DNA from: an uncultured bacterium
Lineage (GTDB): Bacteria; Patescibacteriota; Minisyncoccia; UBA6257; GWB1-50-10
Reading direction: 5' to 3'
DNA length: 64,000 nucleotides
Assembly: GCA_963713955.1 (NCBI GenBank)
Contig: OY970216.1
Span: 209,934-273,933, forward strand
Positions 46,191 to 56,135 of the stretch are shown one piece after another. How positions within the stretch are numbered: position 1 is the stretch's first letter; each line of letters starts with the position of its first letter. The notes under the pieces were generated by a model. The model saw nothing but the letters and a program-made list of their open reading frames with translations. It had not been told where the DNA came from and made no database searches. The translations under genes were made by a program, and so were the position numbers.

Positions 46191-46871
46191 ATGTTTATTC
46201 AAGATTGGACGTCTATCGTTGCGACTTCGCTCCAAAATCTTTGGATCGGGTTCATAAACGCAGTCGCCGGCATCATCGGGGCGCTCATCGTCCTTATCAT
46301 AGGGCTTATCGTCGCGTCTCTCTTGGGTACGCTCGTGGAAAAGATAGTGAACGTCATCCAGTTGGACAAATTGTTGTCCAATTTGGGGCTCGGCGAATAT
46401 TTCGAGAGGGCGGGGTTGAGTCTGAAGAGCGGAAAATTCTTCAAGAAGCTCGTATATTGGTTCCTGGTTGTCGTGTTCCTCTTAGCCGCTTCCGATATAC
46501 TCGGCTTTTATTCGCTTTCCTCGTTCCTCGAGAGCGTGCTCCTCTACGTTCCCAACGTGATCGTGGCGGTTCTCATCATGCTTGCCGCGTTCGTCATCGG
46601 CCATTTCTTGAGAAACCTGGTAGCCGCTTCCATAAAAGCTTCGAAGCTTCACGGAGCGGGATTCCTGGGTTCTCTCACGTGGTGGGCGATTGTCGTCTTC
46701 GGATTCCTCGCATCGCTCTCACAGCTCGGCATTGCGGTTACCATCATTAACGCGCTCGTGACGGGGTTGATTGCCATGCTCGCTATTGCCTTCGGTTTGG
46801 CCTTTGGGTTGGGGGGCAAAGGGTATGCCGAACATCTGATAGAAAAGCTGAGGGATCGGACGGAAAGGTAG
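46191..46871 (+). CDS. TM-helix-repeat membrane protein (CmpX/small mechanosensitive channel-like)
   Basis: YVPNVIVAVLI; ALAFGLGG-like motif. Confidence 0.8.
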   Translation: MFIQDWTSIVATSLQNLWIGFINAVAGIIGALIVLIIGLIVASLLGTLVEKIVNVIQLDKLLSNLGLGEYFERAGLSLKSGKFFKKLVYWFLVVVFLLAASDILGFYSLSSFLESVLLYVPNVIVAVLIMLAAFVIGHFLRNLVAASIKASKLHGAGFLGSLTWWAIVVFGFLASLSQLGIAVTIINALVTGLIAMLAIAFGLAFGLGGKGYAEHLIEKLRDRTER

Positions 46872-46902
46872 AATCGGCAAGAATCATTTCGCGTGAAAAC
46901 TA

Positions 46903-46935
46903 TCCCGTCCCGATTCTGATCGGGACGGGATTTTC
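46903..46935 (+). terminator. Rho-independent terminator
   Basis: atcccgtcccgat-tctg-atcgggacgggat-tttc. Confidence 0.8.
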
Positions 46936-46938
46936 TTG

Positions 46939-47080
46939 CCCCGTCACCAGATCAAGCGTTTCGCTCCCAGCGCCGGAGACCAGCTTGGGGATAGGAGGAA
47001 TCTTGCAATTGCTCCTCGCCTTGATTATCCCAAGGAACGCTGGAAGCGACAGGCGCTGCAGTGCTTGGCTCGGTACGGGG
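46939..47080. mobile_element. 142-bp element of the same family as the pilin insertion, opposite orientation, CTTG duplication
   Basis: cttg-ccccgtcaccagatcaagcg...gcttggctcggtacgggg-cttg; ends match reverse complement of 39391-39533. Confidence 0.8.
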
Positions 47081-47118
47081 CTTGCCCCTTTGGCGAACCT
47101 TGTGATACCCTAGAAGGC

Positions 47119-47436
47119 ATGAATGATTTTGCCGTAGTCGTGACCGGCGGAAAACAGTACAAGGTCAAAGCCGGGGACAAGCTGAAAATCGAGAAGATAA
47201 GCGGTGAGCCGGGCCAGCCTTTTTCTTTTGACAAAGTACTCTTGGTTTCGAAAGGGGAAAACACCGCGATAGGCACTCCCTACCTCGCGGATGCGTCGGT
47301 CACGGCGAAAATCGTCTCTGGCGGCAGGGACGATAAGAAGATTGTCTTCAGATTCCATTCCAAAACCAGGTACCGGAAACTTAAGGGGCATCGGCAGCAC
47401 TACACCGAGGTCTCTGTTAGTAAAATAAACCTCTAG
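47119..47436 (+). CDS. rplU: 50S ribosomal protein L21
   Basis: FAVVVTGGKQYKV...GHRQHYT. Confidence 0.97.
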   Translation: MNDFAVVVTGGKQYKVKAGDKLKIEKISGEPGQPFSFDKVLLVSKGENTAIGTPYLADASVTAKIVSGGRDDKKIVFRFHSKTRYRKLKGHRQHYTEVSVSKINL

Positions 47437-47438
47437 GG

Positions 47439-47519
47439 AAGAGCTCGGCGAGGCGAAAACGTGGGTAAGACTTGGCCTAGCGGCCCGGAGCGCACACATT
47501 TTCGGCTTGCCGAGCTCTT
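47439..47519 (+). repeat. Structured repeat with invariant 37-nt core, copy 3
   Basis: Core 47461-47497 inside stem aagagctcggc/gccgagctctt. Confidence 0.85.
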
Positions 47520-48119
47520 TTACGTCCTCTTCTCGAATGAGTGGAGAAGGGTTGTCTCGTCGGCAAATTCTACCTCGCCTCCCGTGGGGAGTCCCCGGCC
47601 GAGCCGGGTTATTTTTTTTGCCAGATTCTTAAAATCCTCCCGTATGAGATCGGACGTAAAGTCGCCGATCGACGTGGCATTCAGGGCTACGATGATTTCC
47701 TCAGCCTTCCCGCCGAGCTCTTTTTTTATCCTCTCTTTCAGCTTTTCCAGACGGTCTTTTTGCTCTTGTCCCAAGATCCCCTTTTCGGCCAAGTTCCCGA
47801 GGATGAGGTAGTGTCCGTTGAACTTGCTTATTTTCTCGAACGTCAGGAGATCGGTTTCTCTTTCGACGACAGCCACGATGTGCGAGTCCCTCTCGGGGTC
47901 AGAGCAAATTCGGCACAATTTTTCGTTTCTCTCTTTTACGAAGAAACAGCGTTCGCAGACATCGAGTTTCGTGAGCCCTTCGAGGGCTGCAACCGTATTT
48001 TCGAGGTCCACCTTTTCCATCTGGAGAAAGAAAAAAGCCAGCCGCGTTGCCTGCCGCGGCCCCAAGATAGGCAGTTTTGAAAAACGGTCTATAAATCTTT
48101 TTATTTCCTCTGGTATCAT
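47520..48119 (-). CDS. recR: Recombination protein RecR
   Basis: LP..GPRQA.RLA, C4 Zn finger, TOPRIM, RLGRGLPTGGEVEFAD. Confidence 0.95.
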   Translation of the reverse strand: MIPEEIKRFIDRFSKLPILGPRQATRLAFFFLQMEKVDLENTVAALEGLTKLDVCERCFFVKERNEKLCRICSDPERDSHIVAVVERETDLLTFEKISKFNGHYLILGNLAEKGILGQEQKDRLEKLKERIKKELGGKAEEIIVALNATSIGDFTSDLIREDFKNLAKKITRLGRGLPTGGEVEFADETTLLHSFEKRT

Positions 48120-48132
48120 CCGGTTTGCGATT

Positions 48133-49509
48133 TTACTGCAATGCATCGAGCGAGGCGTGGGATGTGTCCAAGTTCTTGAAACTGACTTTTTCTTTGTCGA
48201 AGATGAGTTTCACGGATCCCGTCGGCCCGTTCCGGTGTTTGGCTATGATGATCTCGACTGTGTTGTCTTCCATGAGATCGTCCTCCATCGTCGATCTTTC
48301 CTTGTCCTTCCGGTATATGAAGAGAACGACGTCGGCGTCCTGTTCCAAACTGCCGGATTCTCTGAGGTCTGACAAGCGCGGTATTTTTATGTCTCTCTTG
48401 TCCACGTCCCGCGAAAGCTGGGAGACGGCAATGACCGGGACGTTCAATTCCCGCGCGAGCGACTTCAGGCTCCTCGAAATTTCCGTAACCTGTTGTACCA
48501 TGTTGTCACTCGTGGTCCGCGGCTGTATGAGTTGGAGATAGTCCACAATGATCATGTCTATGCCGTGTTCCAATTGGAGGCGTCTCGCCATGGAACGCAT
48601 CTGGAGCACGGTGGGAGAAGGGGTGTCGTCTATGAAGATTTTGGCGTTCGAGAGCTCCTCGAGTGCCTGCTGGACCAGCGAGAATTCCATGTCGTCCGAT
48701 ATCTTTCCGGTCCGTAAACGCCAGAGCGGTATCTGGGCTTGGCTTGAGATCAGCCGGTCTATGACCTGCTCCCGGGACATCTCTATCGAGAATATTCCCA
48801 CCGATTTTTTGCCCATCGTGGCCGCCTGCCGCGCCATATCGAGAACGAGGGCCGTTTTCCCGTAGGAAGGTCTGGCTCCGATGATCACGAGATCCGACGG
48901 CTGGAAACCGGAGAGGAACCGGTCGAGATCGTGGAAAAAAGTGGGAACGCCCCTCAAGGTTTCTTTTCCGCCGCGGTGCAGTTTTTCGAAGCGTTCGTAA
49001 GCTTCCGGCAGTTCGTCTTTCAGGGGAACGAATTTCTGGGGCCGTGATCTCTGCGAGATTCCGAATATTCTCTGTTCGACTGATTCAAGGAGTTCTTCGA
49101 AATTGCGGAGCCCGAAAGCCTTTTCGCTGATGTCCGACGCCGCTTCGATGAGATCCCTCCGCACGCGTTGTTCCTTGACTATGTTCGCGTAGTGAGCCAC
49201 GTGAGCGGACGTAGGAACGCTGTCGGTAAGTTCGGTCAAATAGTCGAGCCCGCCGGTTTCATCGAGCTGTTTTTTTGCCTTGAGGTCATGGGAAACGGTC
49301 AGGAGATCGACCGGTTCGCCTTTGCTCCAGAGATTCACGATACTCTCGTATATCTTCCGATGCTTGGATTCGTAGAAGTCGCTCGGTGCCAAAAAATCGG
49401 CGACCTGGACGATCGCGTTTTTGTCGAGCATCAAGGCTCCGAGGACTGAGCGCTCCGCCTCGATGTCCTGCGGCGGTAATTTTAACTGACTCGTTTCTTT
49501 CTTCGCCAT
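48133..49509 (-). CDS. dnaB: Replicative DNA helicase
   Basis: PPQDIEAE.SVLG, ARPSYGKT, IVDYLQL, SQLSR, LRESGSLEQDAD. Confidence 0.98.
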   Translation of the reverse strand: MAKKETSQLKLPPQDIEAERSVLGALMLDKNAIVQVADFLAPSDFYESKHRKIYESIVNLWSKGEPVDLLTVSHDLKAKKQLDETGGLDYLTELTDSVPTSAHVAHYANIVKEQRVRRDLIEAASDISEKAFGLRNFEELLESVEQRIFGISQRSRPQKFVPLKDELPEAYERFEKLHRGGKETLRGVPTFFHDLDRFLSGFQPSDLVIIGARPSYGKTALVLDMARQAATMGKKSVGIFSIEMSREQVIDRLISSQAQIPLWRLRTGKISDDMEFSLVQQALEELSNAKIFIDDTPSPTVLQMRSMARRLQLEHGIDMIIVDYLQLIQPRTTSDNMVQQVTEISRSLKSLARELNVPVIAVSQLSRDVDKRDIKIPRLSDLRESGSLEQDADVVLFIYRKDKERSTMEDDLMEDNTVEIIIAKHRNGPTGSVKLIFDKEKVSFKNLDTSHASLDALQ

Positions 49510-49511
49510 GA

Positions 49512-50942
49512 TTATTTATAGATGAAAGGCCCCAAAGGCGTATCGTCTATCTTGTATCCTAATTCTTTTATTTTATTTCTCAAGGCGTCGGAGCGGACAA
49601 ACTGTTTATTGCCTCGGGATAACTCACGCTCGGCTGCCAATTTCCTTACGGCAAGCGGTATTTTGTCCTTCCGGGAGAGTTCAAGCCCCAGGACGGAATC
49701 GATTTCAATCACGGCTTTTCTCGTCTCCGAAGCTCTCCGTTTTCCTACCCGCCCGGCGAATAAGTCATCGACGTAGCTTTTGACGAAGGAACGGGTGAGA
49801 GCTATGGCAACGGGCGTATTCAGATCGTTCTCCATCGACGTTTTAAATGAATTCCGGAATTGTTTTACTGCTTCGCGCCAATCCGGCCTTTCGTCTTTGT
49901 CTCTGGAATTGAACGTGAAAAGATAACCGGTTTGGTTCTTGAGTTCCCGGTAGGCCTTTTCGGCCGCGGTCATTGCCTTCCAGGTGAAATTGAGTTGAGA
50001 GCGATAGTGGGCGGTCAGAACAAAGTAACGGTAATTTAAGGGGTAAAACCCTTCCTTGAGGAGCGTTTGGAGCGTTATGAAATTGCCGAGCGACTTTCCC
50101 ATCCGGCTCTCATTCACGATGAGGAATTCGCCATGGAGCCAATAGTGCGCCAGGGGCTTTCCTTCGGCCGCCTCCGATTGGGCAATCTCGTTCGTGTGAT
50201 GCAGCGATATGTGATCGATGCCCCCCGTGTGGATGTCGAATGGCTGGCCAAGGAAATGGGTGGAAATGGCCGAGCACTCGACGTGCCAGCCGGGGAACCC
50301 CTTCCCCCACGGCGACGGCCACTGGAGGATGTGATTTTTAAAAAGTCCGACCAATTTGAACCAAAGGACGAAATCCGCCGGATTGCGTTTTTCGTCGTCC
50401 GTGACGATGTCTTCCCGGGCGCCGGTTATTTTTTCGGAGAGTTTTTGATGCGAGAGTCTCGTGTAGCCGGGAAATTTGCTCACGTCAAAATATATCGCCT
50501 TCGAGGTTTCGTACGCGAATCCCTTTCTCTCGAGTTTTTTTATCAGTTTTATCTGCTGGGGTATATACTTTGTTGCTGGTGCTATAATTTGGGGCTTCCG
50601 GGCGTTCAGCTTTTCCAGATCACCGAGAAACGCTTTGGTGTAAAAGCGGGCAATATCCTTCACGGATTTTTTCTCTTTTTCCGCTTCCTTTTGCAACTTG
50701 TCCTGCCCCGTGTCGGCATCGGAGGTAAGATGCCCGACGTCGGTTATGTTCATGACGCGTTTTACGCGATAGCCGCAATAGTTCAATGTCCTTTCGAGCA
50801 CATCCTCGAAAATATAGGTGCGGAGGTTGCCGACGTGAGCGTAGTTGTAAACCGTCGGCCCGCAGGTATAGAGACCAACCCGTCCTTTTCTGATGGGTCT
50901 AAAAGCCTCTTTTCTTCTCGTGAGCGTGTTATAAAAAAACAT
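49512..50942 (-). CDS. cysS: Cysteinyl-tRNA synthetase (start 50942 or 50951)
   Basis: YTCGPTVY..AHVGN, PGWHVECS, HTGGIDH, MGKSLGN. Confidence 0.97.
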   Translation of the reverse strand: MFFYNTLTRRKEAFRPIRKGRVGLYTCGPTVYNYAHVGNLRTYIFEDVLERTLNYCGYRVKRVMNITDVGHLTSDADTGQDKLQKEAEKEKKSVKDIARFYTKAFLGDLEKLNARKPQIIAPATKYIPQQIKLIKKLERKGFAYETSKAIYFDVSKFPGYTRLSHQKLSEKITGAREDIVTDDEKRNPADFVLWFKLVGLFKNHILQWPSPWGKGFPGWHVECSAISTHFLGQPFDIHTGGIDHISLHHTNEIAQSEAAEGKPLAHYWLHGEFLIVNESRMGKSLGNFITLQTLLKEGFYPLNYRYFVLTAHYRSQLNFTWKAMTAAEKAYRELKNQTGYLFTFNSRDKDERPDWREAVKQFRNSFKTSMENDLNTPVAIALTRSFVKSYVDDLFAGRVGKRRASETRKAVIEIDSVLGLELSRKDKIPLAVRKLAAERELSRGNKQFVRSDALRNKIKELGYKIDDTPLGPFIYK

Positions 50943-51847
50943 CAAAGCCATCGTTTCTTCCTGAATATGAAGGCGAGAATTGCCACGATCGCGCAGACCA
51001 CAAGGAGATCGACCCAGAAATCGGCCGGGCTTTTGAAGAGCGTCGGTTCCACCGTCGGCTGGAGCGCGATCGTCGTGAAAAGCAGGAGGGGAAACGTGAG
51101 AAAACCCAAAATCGAGAACCTCCTCATGACTTCGGACGTTTCCGATTGGAATATCTGGGAAACGGTCTCGCTGTAGGAAACGACGGTCATGCGAAGCGTT
51201 TCAAGGAGGTAATGAACCTTCGAAAAACTTCCCATGAGGTCGGAGAAATAGATCTTGGACTGCTCGCCGTAAAAGTCTCCGCCGACCGCGAGGAGCGACT
51301 CGAGGGTGGTTTTTTCCGATGCCGCGGTTATTTCAAATTCGAACAAATCCCGCTTGATGTACGAGAGATCCTCCAGAAGTTTTCGGTCGCTCACGCCGAA
51401 TAATTGCTCTCCGACGGCGTTGACTTTTTCTTCAACGTGCCGGAGCTGCCGTAGGGAAAAGGTGTTGACTTCCTGGAAGAGATAATAAATCATCTGCGGA
51501 ACGCTTTGGATTTTGCCGTCGAGCCTCTGGGAAAGATCGGATTCGAACTGAGTGAGCGGCTCTATGTCTTCGTAACTGTACGTGAGGATCACGTCTTTCG
51601 TCGAGAGGAAATCTATCTCCGTTCTCCTCGCTGCCTTATTTCTTTCGTCGTACCGGTGCAAATGGTAAACGGCAAAAAGATAGTTTCCGTAGCTTTCTAT
51701 CTTGCTCCGGTCCGACGGACGCTCGAGCTCCTTCAATATCAAAGGGTGGGCCTTGATAAGAGAGATGGTTTCCACAATGTCGTCTCCGTCGGGATTCTGG
51801 AAATGGACCCATCGCACCTTGCCTATTTTTTCTTCGTACTTCTTCAT
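50942..51847 (-). CDS. CorA-family divalent cation transporter
   Basis: CorA soluble-domain pattern and two C-terminal TMs; canonical GMN motif not present. Confidence 0.75.
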   Translation of the reverse strand: MKKYEEKIGKVRWVHFQNPDGDDIVETISLIKAHPLILKELERPSDRSKIESYGNYLFAVYHLHRYDERNKAARRTEIDFLSTKDVILTYSYEDIEPLTQFESDLSQRLDGKIQSVPQMIYYLFQEVNTFSLRQLRHVEEKVNAVGEQLFGVSDRKLLEDLSYIKRDLFEFEITAASEKTTLESLLAVGGDFYGEQSKIYFSDLMGSFSKVHYLLETLRMTVVSYSETVSQIFQSETSEVMRRFSILGFLTFPLLLFTTIALQPTVEPTLFKSPADFWVDLLVVCAIVAILAFIFRKKRWL

Positions 51848-51931
51848 CTACCAATAATAACACCAACGACGCAAACGTACACGAATGACGCGAACGCTGC
51901 CCGTATCATTCGTGTTGTTGATATTGTAAAT

Positions 51932-52906
51932 TCATTTCGAGAAATCGAGGATAATATTGTCGACGCGGGGGGTCGAGTTCTGAAGGGAGTTCGTCTGGAG
52001 CATGAGCTCGTACCTGAAATAGCGGTAGTTGCTGAAATAAGTCGGGTTTACGCAAATCGGCGTACCTGGCGCGGGACAGGATGACAGCGTTCCTCCCGTG
52101 AGACTCTGGCTGCACGGCGCGCCGTACCAATTGCTTCCCGTGCCCGAGGGACCGATGTAATTCCAGGAGCTGCTTGTGCTATTCGAAGCCGCGATCTGGA
52201 ATCCCAATGCGGTCCCGGCAAGGCCACACGATCCTTGCCACACGATGCTCTGGAGAGTTGCTGGCCCGCCTGCGTCTATCGTGTACGATGTGAGATAACC
52301 CACGGTACTCGTTGATCTCCAACTGGTATTCACGAGATACGGCGCTGCCGAGCAATTGCCGCCGCCCGGATTCGAGCAGTTGAAACTAATCCATCCCGCG
52401 AGATCGTTCCACGCCCAGCCGTTGAAGTTGCCATTCGAGTCTATCGAGACGTCGTAGCTCACCGAACCGGGGCAGACGGCCGAATTTTGCCCGCCGCAGA
52501 AACTAATCCATCCCACGAGATCGTTCCACGCGAAACCGCTCAAAGCTCCCGTCGCGTCCGCGCCGCTGCAGGAACCGTCGGCGTTGTGCGTCGCGTTCGT
52601 GCCGTTGCAGATGCCGTAGTTTGAGGTGCCGCACAGGTTTCCGTTTCTGGTTGTGAAGCAATCGAGAGAGAGGTCGCCCACGGAAGAACTGGCATAGCCG
52701 CTTATTTTGGTGCCTGCGACAAGGACGGCTTGAGTCCCGTAAAAATCCCAAAAGCCGTCAAGCGGGTCGTAAGCCGACGAGCTGGTCGGTGAAGATGCTA
52801 TGTTGGTGCTTGCAGCAGCCGACGGGGCGCCGGAGAGTATCAAAAACAGGGTCATCGCGACGACAATCGCGACGAGTATCCAGAAAACGATCTTGACCGG
52901 TTTCAT
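51932..52906 (-). CDS. Secreted protein with repeated GFAWN..VGWISF motif
   Basis: SGFAWNDLVGWISF, NGWAWNDLAGWISFN; RYFRY C-terminus. Confidence 0.75.
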   Translation of the reverse strand: MKPVKIVFWILVAIVVAMTLFLILSGAPSAAASTNIASSPTSSSAYDPLDGFWDFYGTQAVLVAGTKISGYASSSVGDLSLDCFTTRNGNLCGTSNYGICNGTNATHNADGSCSGADATGALSGFAWNDLVGWISFCGGQNSAVCPGSVSYDVSIDSNGNFNGWAWNDLAGWISFNCSNPGGGNCSAAPYLVNTSWRSTSTVGYLTSYTIDAGGPATLQSIVWQGSCGLAGTALGFQIAASNSTSSSWNYIGPSGTGSNWYGAPCSQSLTGGTLSSCPAPGTPICVNPTYFSNYRYFRYELMLQTNSLQNSTPRVDNIILDFSK

Positions 52907-53000
52907 TTCTTCAATTATATATCAAAAATTTGTTTTATGTTATAATGGGGAAACCCCGCGCCCGAGGAGGCACGGGAAAAGGTCAAATTTCTTTTTAAAA

Positions 53001-53444
53001 ATGAAAGACAAGTTAAATAGGATACTCTTGGCGATCGTGATAGTTCTTTTTTTGGTCTTGGTCGGGATTTTGTACTGGAAGTTCTGGGGGAGCGGGGAGT
53101 CGTCGTATTACGCAGTGTATCTCCGGACGGGAGATCTCTACTTCGGGGAACTCAGCACTTTTCCGTCGTTCCAACTGACCCATGTCTACATGCTCCAGGT
53201 GAACTCCCAGAACCAGGAGAATCCGGTGAGCGTCCAGAAGTTCGCGAGTGTTTTCTGGGGACCGGAAGATTCGATAAAGATAAACAAGGACGACATCGTA
53301 TGGTACACCAAGCTTGCTTCCACGAGCCGGCTCCTTGGGCTTATTAAATCCAACCCGTCGCTCGCGTCGGGGACGCCGTCCGAGAACATTCCGCCGAGTA
53401 ATCAGACGTCAACGGTGGAAGTGCCCGTTGAGGGATCCAAATAG
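53001..53444 (+). CDS. Conserved membrane-anchored hypothetical protein
   Basis: TM; YYAVYL.TG.LYFG.L; GPED.I.IN.D.I. Confidence 0.7.
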   Translation: MKDKLNRILLAIVIVLFLVLVGILYWKFWGSGESSYYAVYLRTGDLYFGELSTFPSFQLTHVYMLQVNSQNQENPVSVQKFASVFWGPEDSIKINKDDIVWYTKLASTSRLLGLIKSNPSLASGTPSENIPPSNQTSTVEVPVEGSK

Positions 53445-53494
53445 AGTTGTTTGGCTCGCCGAACCTGCGCCGTTCAAGATTCTCCGTTTTTGTT

Positions 53495-53941
53495 ATGATG
53501 AAAGGTATGTCACCGGATCGTGTGAAAAAAGGAAACTCGGGCCAAACAGCGCTGCCGTTCATATTACTCGTGAGTGGTATTATCATTGAAATAGTGGTGG
53601 CAGGGACTCTCACGTCTTACTTCGCGAGTGGTTCCGGCTTCGGGGAGAGGTTGGATGCGAGAGCTGTGGCAGCCGCCTCTTCGGGGATCAACGACGCTCT
53701 GATGCAACTCACGAAGAACAAGGATTTCGGCTCCTCCAATCCCACGTACGGAGTCGGTGTGGGGAGTGATGCGGCAACGGTCACCTTCACAAGCGCTCTC
53801 TCGAACGGCTACTACAACTATACGGTTACTTCACTCGGAATCGCTGGGACGAGGCAAAAGAAAATAGTCGCCACGGTCGCGGTCGATGCCTCAACCGGCA
53901 GCATGAGCCTCACTTCTCTCGGGGAGGTTCCAATCCAATAG
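53495..53941 (+). CDS. PilX-like pilin-related protein (start uncertain)
   Basis: GQTALP + hydrophobic helix; AAASSGINDAL; VTSLG. Confidence 0.7.
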   Translation: MMKGMSPDRVKKGNSGQTALPFILLVSGIIIEIVVAGTLTSYFASGSGFGERLDARAVAAASSGINDALMQLTKNKDFGSSNPTYGVGVGSDAATVTFTSALSNGYYNYTVTSLGIAGTRQKKIVATVAVDASTGSMSLTSLGEVPIQ

Positions 53942-53955
53942 AAACAAATGGAAAA

Positions 53956-55470
53956 ATGAAAATAAGAGAACTATTACAAAAGGCGGTTAAATTATTTGAG
54001 AAACTGAGCTCAAAACCCAGAATAGACGGCCTGGAGATAACCGGCAGTACTCTCAAGTACGCGTGGTTGGAAGGCGGGAGCGTGAGAACCGCGGGTGTGA
54101 AGCTTGCGCCGGGGATCATCGTCGAAGGCAAACTGCGCGACCGAGAGGGTTTTTTGAAAGCGCTCGCTGCTCTCAAATCTGCGATTGTAATCGGCAGGAA
54201 AGATAAAACGCTCCGGATCAATGTCGTTCTTCCCACCCCCATTATTTTTACCCAGAGTTTTTCGGTTCCAAACCTGAGCGCCGGGGAATTGGAAGAATCC
54301 GTTAACCTCAATCTGCAGATGATATCCCCCATAGCGAGGGAGGAAGCCAATATGAGCGCCCAGATAGTTTCGGAACGCGACTTCAATTATGAATTTTTTG
54401 GTGCTTTCGCCGAGCGAAAGGAGGTTGCGAACTACGAATCGGCTCTCGTGGAAGGCGGCTTCGCGCCGGTTTCGTTTGAGTTCCAAGCGTTATCCCTCGC
54501 GCGATTTATAAGAAATTTTTCCGTTGCTTCGGAGGGGCTCGTTTTGGTTTTCAGCCTGTCTCCCGACGGCATCGAATTGTTTCTCATCGTGGATGGCAAC
54601 ACGCATTTCAGTTACTTTAGGTCGTGGCAGTCGATTCAGGGGAATCTGCCATCTCTCTCGAGGAGTTTGTTCGAGGAGGTTATTGCCGAGGAAGTTGTCA
54701 AGGTCGTGAATTTTTCGTCCGGCAAATTCGGTCTTTCTCCCGGATCGCTTCTCTTCTTGGCTCCCGGCTTTGAGGAAGAAATGGGGAAGCTCGCGGAGAG
54801 CAGACTGGGGATAAAATCCGCTCCGATATTCTCTCCCCGCCTCAAGGCTCAACCCCTCTTTTATTCCGCGGTCGGTGCCGCGATGCGGTGGCAGGATGAA
54901 AAAGAAAACGGAGACTTGAAGGCCATAAACCTGGGCGGAGAAGATCTCGTGAGGGTCATCTATGAAGAGCAATTCCTGAATTTCACGTCGTTGTGGCGCG
55001 GAATACTGTCAGGCGTTTTTGGTTTTCTCCTCCTCGCGTACGTGGGGGGGTCTCTTTTCGTCATTGGTCAATACAAATCGGTGAATGCGGATATCTCCTC
55101 GTTCAATCCGCCGCTTGATGAAACGAAACTCACTGACATGACGAATAAGGTTACCACCTTCAATAATCTGGTGAAAGAACTCGGAACCATCCGGGGTTCG
55201 AGCGAAGATTTCTACAGTCCCTTGAAGCACTTATCCGACCTCACGAAGGCAAGTGAAATCAAGATTCTTTCGCTTAACGTAACCTCGCTTTCTTCTCCCG
55301 TCACCATCTCCGCGAACGCTCCGAGCTACAACACGGTTTTGGAGTTCAAAAACAAGATTTCTTCAGATGCCATGTTTGCTAATATCGATCTGCCGTTGAC
55401 TGAGATAATAACCCAGAGTGACGGATCGGTTAACTTCTCCCTCTCCTTCAGTTTCAACCTGAGCCATTAA
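53956..55470 (+). CDS. PilM-PilN-like fusion protein
   Basis: GLEI...L.PGII.EG actin-like N-terminus; AVGAA.R; INL + TM + PilN-like C-terminus. Confidence 0.7.
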   Translation: MKIRELLQKAVKLFEKLSSKPRIDGLEITGSTLKYAWLEGGSVRTAGVKLAPGIIVEGKLRDREGFLKALAALKSAIVIGRKDKTLRINVVLPTPIIFTQSFSVPNLSAGELEESVNLNLQMISPIAREEANMSAQIVSERDFNYEFFGAFAERKEVANYESALVEGGFAPVSFEFQALSLARFIRNFSVASEGLVLVFSLSPDGIELFLIVDGNTHFSYFRSWQSIQGNLPSLSRSLFEEVIAEEVVKVVNFSSGKFGLSPGSLLFLAPGFEEEMGKLAESRLGIKSAPIFSPRLKAQPLFYSAVGAAMRWQDEKENGDLKAINLGGEDLVRVIYEEQFLNFTSLWRGILSGVFGFLLLAYVGGSLFVIGQYKSVNADISSFNPPLDETKLTDMTNKVTTFNNLVKELGTIRGSSEDFYSPLKHLSDLTKASEIKILSLNVTSLSSPVTISANAPSYNTVLEFKNKISSDAMFANIDLPLTEIITQSDGSVNFSLSFSFNLSH

Positions 55471-55552
55471 AATCTGTCTCGAGACCCACCTTTTCGCCTC
55501 ACCGAGTCCTTGTTTTGTGCACTCTCATCTTGGAGGGGGGTTGAGATGGGTT

Positions 55553-56083
55553 CTAGATTCCCAGTTCCGCCTTGATCGACTGAAAAACTTCCGTGAGTTT
55601 TTGGAGCGAACGCGCATCAATGGTTCTCAAAACAAAGTCACCGGCTTTTTTTCGCCGCCTTTCGCCTTCGTTCCTGATACCGATCCTCACTCTCCAGAAA
55701 TCCCTCGTTTTCATCTCCGCTATCGCCGATGAGACACCCCGGTGTCCCGCTGGCCCCCTCCCGAACTGTATGCGATATTCGCCGAGCGGAATGTCGGCAT
55801 CATCGTGGACGAACGCCGTTTCCGCGGGGGTCGATTTGAAATAAGAGATGGCTTTCTTGGCTGCCTTTCCCGATTCATTCATGAGAAAGGAATCTGTTTT
55901 CACGAGCGCGAAGGGGCCGTATTTGAAATAAGAGAACGAGGGGCCTGACCTCCAGGCGGCTTCTTCGCCGGAGAGAAAATCCAGAAATTTAAACCCGGCG
56001 TTGTGAAACGTGTCCTTGTACTCTTTCCCGGGATTGCCGAGACCTATGATTACTCTCAGATTATTTGCTTTTTTACTTTCCAT
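55553..56083 (-). CDS. pth: Peptidyl-tRNA hydrolase
   Basis: IGLGNPG..Y..T.HNAG, MNESG, VHDD, GHRG, RVRIGI. Confidence 0.96.
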   Translation of the reverse strand: MESKKANNLRVIIGLGNPGKEYKDTFHNAGFKFLDFLSGEEAAWRSGPSFSYFKYGPFALVKTDSFLMNESGKAAKKAISYFKSTPAETAFVHDDADIPLGEYRIQFGRGPAGHRGVSSAIAEMKTRDFWRVRIGIRNEGERRRKKAGDFVLRTIDARSLQKLTEVFQSIKAELGI

Positions 56084-56135
56084 TGAATAGAATTTACCCA
56101 GTAGTGAAAACTCGCCTCTATCATTATATTACATT

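Noticed and set aside
42170-47497. 37-nt identical repeats as a CRISPR array
   Set aside because: Copies are kilobases apart, in both orientations, with no spacers or cas genes.
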